Shown here in pieces: positions 58,692 through 64,000 of a DNA stretch of 64,000 nt. The notes below the pieces were generated by a model. The model saw only the letters and a program-made list of their open reading frames with translations, had not been told where the DNA came from and ran no database searches. Made by a program: the position numbers and the translations under genes. The DNA is from a virus. Its lineage: Duplodnaviria > Caudoviricetes. Position 1 is the stretch's first letter. Each line of letters opens with the position of its first letter. The DNA lies in IMG/VR virus record IMGVR_UViG_3300020151_002511, positions 1 through 64,000 of that record; one strand, given 5' to 3'.

Positions 58692-60847
58692 GTATATCTG
58701 AAATACAAAAAAAGAAATTCTTAGAAAACATATATAGATTAATGTATTCAACTGGTGTTTCGGCTAATGATAAAGTTGTTAGTCAACCAGATGAGAATGA
58801 AATTAAAAAAGAATTTGATGAATACTTTAGCGCAAATAGAATAGGATCACCTCTATCCATAGATGTTAACGTATTAAGAAATACTGCAAAAACAGATCCA
58901 GACTTAATGAATATATTCATGGCTAGATCTCTTCTTAACTTAGAATTCCTATATGATTCTTTGGATGATAATACAAAAAAATTAATGAATGTAGTTACTC
59001 TTCTTAATAAGAAGATAAAAAATTTAAAAGATAAAAGAGCATCTTTAGAAAAGAAAATAGATAATCTACTTTTTTCTAATTCAAATACAGACGGATATTT
59101 TTATTCTTTTAGTGATTCATTTGCAAACCTAGATAATATTGACCTTTCTTTTACTAATGCTTTTGTTGATACAGAAAATAGAAAAGTTACACTTCCTAAA
59201 TTAAAATCATCCGCACTTGACCTTAACGCACCTGGTAGAATAAGTACTACTAATATTACTTATTCAATTTATTTTAACGGGGCAACTATAGTAGAGTCCA
59301 AGCAACTTCCGGACTATAATAATATTTTAGATGGACTTACAAACACTAAATGCGAAGTTATGCATTCATCTGGGCAGATAGGCTCATGTGCAATGGTCAT
59401 TAATATACCGTTATCCACTCCTTTTATTGTTTCAAAAGTAGATGGAAAATTAGCTACTAGTTCTCCAGTAACTATAATCGCTGAGATATTAGATGCTTTG
59501 ACTGTTGGAGGTTCTCAGTTTAGAAGAAAGCAATCAAATAGCGATTACGATAGATTTTCTTTTGATTTTTCACCACAAAGTTCTGGGACAATAAAAATAA
59601 CTCTTATCAAAAATGAACCAGATTCCATAGATAATTTAGATCCAAGTAACAAATACAAATATAATTTTACAATTAGAGACCTAATAGTTAGTGGTCAATA
59701 TTATGATGCTAGTGCAGTAGTTGTTTCCTCTCCATTATCTATACCTTCTGGAGATGCCAATAAGGTTATAGATGCAGTTAGCGTAGAGGCTGTTAATGGA
59801 AATCCATCTGTTGGAGACGTTACATTCTTCGTAGCAGAAGACGTTCCTGGGGCTACTAGCCTTTCTGATTTTAGTTGGATACCAATATCTTCTTCTGCTA
59901 CAAATGATCCATCTTATGATCAAGTAGTTTCATTTGATAAATCAGTTAAAAGTTTTTTTAACATTAAATCAAACGCATCAGACAACGAAATAACTCTCTA
60001 TCCATTGTCTACTGATTCAAATTTATCTCTACGTAACCCAAGCACTTCTATATACAATGGGATATCTTCTTATAGAATTGGTTCTATACCAAATAATATA
60101 GAAATATACAATCCTTACATATTAGATGCAATTAATAATTTTTCTTTTAAATATGTTTCTTATGCATCTGGGCTATACTTGGATAAAAATAGATGGTCAG
60201 AAATTTTAAATAAAAAAGATCCAAATGTTAATATATTTGAACCTGGTAATATTGAACTTACAAATTCTCCATCAATTCCAATAGCATTAAATCTCACTTC
60301 AATAAGTGGCTATTTACAAACGTCACTGCTAGTGGACCAGGAAACAATAGTTAATAATGTTATTTCTAAATCTGGAAATGCAATTGATTGGAATGTGGCA
60401 ATTTTCTTAAATGGAACATTAGTTGCCGATATTCAAAGTGGTCTACCTTCTAAGGAAATTTCATGGAATTTTATACCAGGAATAAATGATATTGTGGTAA
60501 CATTTGATTCAGAAGGTAATTCCTCTGGTTCAATATCGCTAATGTCAGGTGTATCATTGTCTAATTATGGCACACCTTTCTTAAATTACTATACTTATGT
60601 CGACCCTTTTGACTTCAGAGTAAATAGAAGCTCTGAAGATAAAGTCTTTACCTTGGATAGTTATCTGGGAAATAGAGAAATTATTAGCAGAAAGTATATT
60701 CAAAATAATTCTAGAATTGTATATAGATCAAATGATACTAGAAAGATAGAAGCCATAAGATTTAGGGCAAATATAACAAGATTCTCAAATCCATTTGGAA
60801 CCCCAAGTCTTGAGTCTTACAGAGTAAAATTTAAAAATAGCATATAG
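58688..60847 (+). CDS. Putative baseplate/tail structural protein
   Basis: ATGA overlap; coiled-coil N-terminus, then YSFSDSF and C-terminal TP.L.SY.VK, a similar architecture to the preceding gene. Confidence 0.6.
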   Translation: MSISEIQKKKFLENIYRLMYSTGVSANDKVVSQPDENEIKKEFDEYFSANRIGSPLSIDVNVLRNTAKTDPDLMNIFMARSLLNLEFLYDSLDDNTKKLMNVVTLLNKKIKNLKDKRASLEKKIDNLLFSNSNTDGYFYSFSDSFANLDNIDLSFTNAFVDTENRKVTLPKLKSSALDLNAPGRISTTNITYSIYFNGATIVESKQLPDYNNILDGLTNTKCEVMHSSGQIGSCAMVINIPLSTPFIVSKVDGKLATSSPVTIIAEILDALTVGGSQFRRKQSNSDYDRFSFDFSPQSSGTIKITLIKNEPDSIDNLDPSNKYKYNFTIRDLIVSGQYYDASAVVVSSPLSIPSGDANKVIDAVSVEAVNGNPSVGDVTFFVAEDVPGATSLSDFSWIPISSSATNDPSYDQVVSFDKSVKSFFNIKSNASDNEITLYPLSTDSNLSLRNPSTSIYNGISSYRIGSIPNNIEIYNPYILDAINNFSFKYVSYASGLYLDKNRWSEILNKKDPNVNIFEPGNIELTNSPSIPIALNLTSISGYLQTSLLVDQETIVNNVISKSGNAIDWNVAIFLNGTLVADIQSGLPSKEISWNFIPGINDIVVTFDSEGNSSGSISLMSGVSLSNYGTPFLNYYTYVDPFDFRVNRSSEDKVFTLDSYLGNREIISRKYIQNNSRIVYRSNDTRKIEAIRFRANITRFSNPFGTPSLESYRVKFKNSI

Positions 60848-60855
60848 GACATATC

Positions 60856-61251
60856 ATGGCAAAAACTTATACAGAATTTAAAAGAATTATACAACCCTTA
60901 TTTCAAAGGTATAGAAACACTTTTAGGGGTCCACGTAGCTCAGCTAAAGAAAATCTAGAGATGAATAAAATGTTAATTGATCTTAAAAAACTAGATGAAA
61001 AAGCTGATTATTTAAACAATAAAACTTATTCAGATATTCAAATTTTTGTTGGACAAGTTGACCCAGAGCAACTTCAGATTCATGACGATTACGAGGATGG
61101 CAAGTACTATAGGTTTGACGATGTCATCTTTGAGTTTTTTGGCGATGGCGCCACTCCTGATTACCTAGAGATAGATACCACTTCTACCGTATCTTCAAAA
61201 TTGTCTAGAATAGCAGAAAAAGTTAAAGAACTAGAAAATAAAAAGGTTTAA
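60856..61251 (+). CDS. Hypothetical virion protein
   Basis: AGGA RBS; R...RGP.SS...N motif shared with the next gene; contains GATP. Confidence 0.6.
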   Translation: MAKTYTEFKRIIQPLFQRYRNTFRGPRSSAKENLEMNKMLIDLKKLDEKADYLNNKTYSDIQIFVGQVDPEQLQIHDDYEDGKYYRFDDVIFEFFGDGATPDYLEIDTTSTVSSKLSRIAEKVKELENKKV

Positions 61252-61253
61252 AA

Positions 61254-62507
61254 ATGTCAGAATTTATATATACAAAAAGAAGAACAGCCAAATATAATGG
61301 TCCAGTTGATAGCTCTGATCACAACCTTAGGGTAGAAGAAAACTATAAAGATTTAGTTTATCTATATAATAAATTTAATGTTATAGATCAAAAACTAGGA
61401 GAAGCATTTGAGAGAGTCTTGAAGGATCATGTTTTCATAACTAGATCAGTCAAAGACTTGGATGATAGGATCCAAGCTTTAGAAGCAGCAGAAAATATGG
61501 TTTCCATATACTCCTTTAAGCAAATAGACAATAATGCTATTCCAAATGGAGAAGTTTCTATACAATTAGATGAGATACTTTCCTTTGACCCTATATATAA
61601 TATAGTAACGCTTCCAAAAATTGATGGCTCATCGCATTCAAAGTTGAAGTTTTTCACATCTAGTGAAGGTCAAATAATACCAGACTTCTTTGAAACAAGA
61701 ATATCAAATAGCCTTTCAGGGGTAGATGTACCAGGCTCTATTATCGATGGAACAAATGTATACAATGCCATATTGGATAGATCTGATAAGTATTGGAAGA
61801 GAACAGTTATCTCAAACTCAACAGCTGTAGCTGGAGCTCAAACATATTTATATGTTAAAATTCCTTCAGAGTATACTGGATCAAAAAAGAGTAACTTTAT
61901 AAAGCTCAATCCATACCCAGTTTATGGAGTTGATATTATGGCAATTGAATATACTACAACTCAAAATCCAACAATGACAGAGTCTGATGTTTGGCTACCT
62001 GTAAATAGAGATAGGCTCTATGATGGGACTACAAGTGCGATAGGAAAGGTTCCACCAGGTGGTTGGACCTCTATAGGGTCTGATTTTATTTTAAATTCTG
62101 GTCCAATTGGTTTTTACTTCCGTGAACTTGACATAACCGCAATAAGAATTGCGATGAGACAAAGAAATTACTTTACAGAAAATGGAAAGTATATCTACAC
62201 TTATGGACTTTCAGATTTAGATGTAAGATATGACAAATTCCTGCCATCAGGTAAGATTATATTTAAATTTGAGCCAGCAAATGGCGACACAATATCCTCT
62301 ATTACAAGCGTAACTCCAAAGATATATAACGTTTCCCCAGCTCTTCTCTCTGAAGCCTTTAGCTATAGGGTTATATACAATGACGGATCAATCTATACAA
62401 CCACAAATCCAGGGGCTTCAAATGCCGTATGGATAGAGATTACGCTAAATATCATGCCAGATGGAACTGCACCAGTTTTGTCAGATTTAATAATCAACTA
62501 TAACTAA
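61254..62507 (+). CDS. Hypothetical virion protein
   Basis: R..KYNGP.DS...N....E...DL..L N-terminus, coiled coil, then beta-rich domain. Confidence 0.6.
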   Translation: MSEFIYTKRRTAKYNGPVDSSDHNLRVEENYKDLVYLYNKFNVIDQKLGEAFERVLKDHVFITRSVKDLDDRIQALEAAENMVSIYSFKQIDNNAIPNGEVSIQLDEILSFDPIYNIVTLPKIDGSSHSKLKFFTSSEGQIIPDFFETRISNSLSGVDVPGSIIDGTNVYNAILDRSDKYWKRTVISNSTAVAGAQTYLYVKIPSEYTGSKKSNFIKLNPYPVYGVDIMAIEYTTTQNPTMTESDVWLPVNRDRLYDGTTSAIGKVPPGGWTSIGSDFILNSGPIGFYFRELDITAIRIAMRQRNYFTENGKYIYTYGLSDLDVRYDKFLPSGKIIFKFEPANGDTISSITSVTPKIYNVSPALLSEAFSYRVIYNDGSIYTTTNPGASNAVWIEITLNIMPDGTAPVLSDLIINYN

Positions 62508-62525
62508 AAAATTGCCGTTTGGCAA

Positions 62526-62533
62526 TTACTATA
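62526..62533 (+). promoter_or_regulatory. TTACTATA motif upstream of 62566
   Basis: Intergenic, 32 nt before ATG; AAGGAG RBS follows. Confidence 0.45.
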
Positions 62534-62565
62534 AACAATAAGAATTTATCCTAAGGAGAATATAA

Positions 62566-63192
62566 ATGGCTACTTTTTATGTTGGCCCCAGACCAGTTTT
62601 GAAGGGCCAAAACACCAGTCAAATGGTGAACCCTTATACTAGCATGTCCGGGAAAGCTAAGGGCACGGGAACTTATTCCTACTACCCACTGTATAGCACA
62701 AGCCATGTCTTGGATGGTGCTCCTGATAATCACTTTGCCCCTGGCACTGGTCAATTTCCTGGCAATAGATTTTTGTCTCAAGTATTTAATGGAACAACCC
62801 TCTATGTACATCCGCTTTCCGGAACATTCCCAGATGGATCTGCAACCTATGATGGTGCTAGATTCCGTCCAATGGAGTACAAGGGTCTAGCTGGAGCTGC
62901 AGCTTTCCCATCAGGTTTTGGTCATGCTGACAGAGTAAGCGATTACAGTTACAACAACAATATTTTTGACGGAGTACCGTCTGCTAATATATTCGCTAAT
63001 ACAGGCCATGCTGCAAGAACAGAAGCACAAGGTGCACCATCTTCTTTTGGAGTTTTTAAACCAGAAGAATTTCAAGGTGTAACAAGTTCCAAGATATTTA
63101 CAGTTGGATATGGTCAGGCTAATACGACTGGTGATTATGGAAGAGAAAAAGTTCAAGAGTATTTCGGCGTACCATCTGCAAAAGCTCTCTAA
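62566..63192 (+). CDS. Hypothetical Gly/Pro/aromatic-rich protein, probably virion-associated
   Basis: Strong RBS and its own TTACTATA motif; no recognisable domain. Confidence 0.6.
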   Translation: MATFYVGPRPVLKGQNTSQMVNPYTSMSGKAKGTGTYSYYPLYSTSHVLDGAPDNHFAPGTGQFPGNRFLSQVFNGTTLYVHPLSGTFPDGSATYDGARFRPMEYKGLAGAAAFPSGFGHADRVSDYSYNNNIFDGVPSANIFANTGHAARTEAQGAPSSFGVFKPEEFQGVTSSKIFTVGYGQANTTGDYGREKVQEYFGVPSAKAL

Positions 63193-63445
63193 TTATTATT
63201 CTTCTCCAATACATTTAGAGAAAGATAGTAAAGTATCTGGTTTATTTGGTTGGGCAGTTTTAGTAAGCTACATTTTAGCCTATGATATATTCGCAATTAA
63301 AACAAAAAAAACAGAAACACTGACAAGATCTTTTTGGAGATTGTCAGAAGGTAAAATATCTAAAGCTCCAGTAATGGGTCTTTGGCTAGCAGTAACTTTT
63401 CACCTTATGCTTGAGAAAGATGTAAGAAGAAAAATAAATAAATAA
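63137..63445 (+). CDS. Small membrane protein (two hydrophobic segments)
   Basis: GLFGWAVLVSYILAYDIFAI and PVMGLWLAVTFHLML; start codon uncertain. Confidence 0.55.
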   Translation: MEEKKFKSISAYHLQKLSNYYSSPIHLEKDSKVSGLFGWAVLVSYILAYDIFAIKTKKTETLTRSFWRLSEGKISKAPVMGLWLAVTFHLMLEKDVRRKINK

Positions 63446-63475
63446 GTTTCAGCCTCATCAAAGTAGCATACTAAA

Positions 63476-63484
63476 TGCTATAAT
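63476..63484 (+). promoter_or_regulatory. Extended -10 promoter-like element TGCTATAAT
   Basis: Exact TGnTATAAT consensus in an intergenic region. Confidence 0.5.
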
Positions 63485-63502
63485 GATAGAGGAGTTAAGA
63501 CA

Positions 63503-63539
63503 AAGAAGTCCCGCTCTTATGAGCGGGGTTTTCTTTTTT
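63503..63539 (+). terminator. Rho-independent terminator
   Basis: CCCGCTC-TTAT-GAGCGGG hairpin followed by a T-rich tract. Confidence 0.8.
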
Positions 63540-63591
63540 AGAAGTGCTTTTATAGGTTTGGTCATCTTTAGATGGAGATAGTTAGGATTAT

Positions 63592-64000
63592 ATGGTAATC
63601 GATGATCTCGAGAGGGTTGTCAAAGAAGATATAATATCGGTAGACGTTGCCGATATGTACTTAAGAATCTATGTTGCAGACATTGATTGGAAGCCACACA
63701 TTTCTCAGCTTTGGGTAAATACTAAAAATAAAATAGCTGACGAAGCAGAAGCCAAAAACCACATTAAAAAGGCTATCGCATGTGCAACCCTAATGCCATT
63801 TTATGACAAGTCAATCATTACAGACCCTCCCCAAAATATGCTTTTTTGGTTGCCAACTTGGGTCCAGTTTAATCAGAAAGACTGGATTGATATATATAAA
63901 AAAATGGTAAATGAAGACATCCAAATAAGAAAAAATAGAAAAAAAATGCTATCATATGGTGTGGTTGAATCTATAGATTATGTCCCAATGACTAGACAAG
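63592..64000 (+). CDS. Hypothetical protein, 3'-truncated by window edge
   Basis: ATG 63592 (MVIDDLERVVKEDIISVDVADMYLRIY...) is open to the end of the window; AGGA upstream. Confidence 0.65.
   Translation, partial: MVIDDLERVVKEDIISVDVADMYLRIYVADIDWKPHISQLWVNTKNKIADEAEAKNHIKKAIACATLMPFYDKSIITDPPQNMLFWLPTWVQFNQKDWIDIYKKMVNEDIQIRKNRKKMLSYGVVESIDYVPMTRQ

Noticed and set aside
482-63156. Short minus-strand and nested alternative-frame ORFs in the track
   Set aside because: They lie almost entirely within long plus-strand genes, lack recognisable motifs and look like antisense shadows.
1-64000. Stop-codon reassignment (code 15 or 4)
   Set aside because: The standard code gives very long ORFs, and the interruptions are frame changes that stop readthrough would not repair.
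1-64000. tRNA (including an expanded-anticodon tRNA), rRNA or integrase/transposase genes
   Set aside because: Intergenic gaps are short and I saw no cloverleaf or T-loop signature or mobile-element motifs. Any decoding tRNA would lie outside this window.

Overview
This AT-rich, all-plus-strand, gene-dense 64 kb window comes from a large tailed phage with a contractile (myovirus-type) tail. It opens with five 2OG-Fe(II) oxygenases and an FkbM-type methyltransferase (1-4297). A neck/tail/baseplate morphogenesis region follows: two sheath-like genes, three tube-like paralogues, two chaperone paralogues, a tape-measure-like gene, a possible two-barrel RNA-polymerase-like virion protein, a ~3,900-aa hub-like protein with a staphylococcal-nuclease-like domain, a dual peptidoglycan hydrolase, spike, gp25 and baseplate-J genes, and large baseplate proteins. 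The main result is that nine structural-region genes are interrupted at ten points, each with the same signature. An in-frame CGG codon (CGGA x9, CGGT x1) sits in a short overlap window, and the protein continues in the +1 frame starting with the Gly codon GGN. In a manual scan I found no other in-frame CGG in roughly 20,000 codons. This points to a genome-wide recoding rule, with CGG-N read as a four-base unit or an obligatory +1 shift, although a systematic sequencing artefact must be excluded with reads. A second signal is a strongly enriched [A/S]-T-P tripeptide in particular virion proteins, a candidate modification sequon close to the prolyl-hydroxylase-like cluster. All product calls come from motif recognition by eye; no database searches were run, and the host is not determined.
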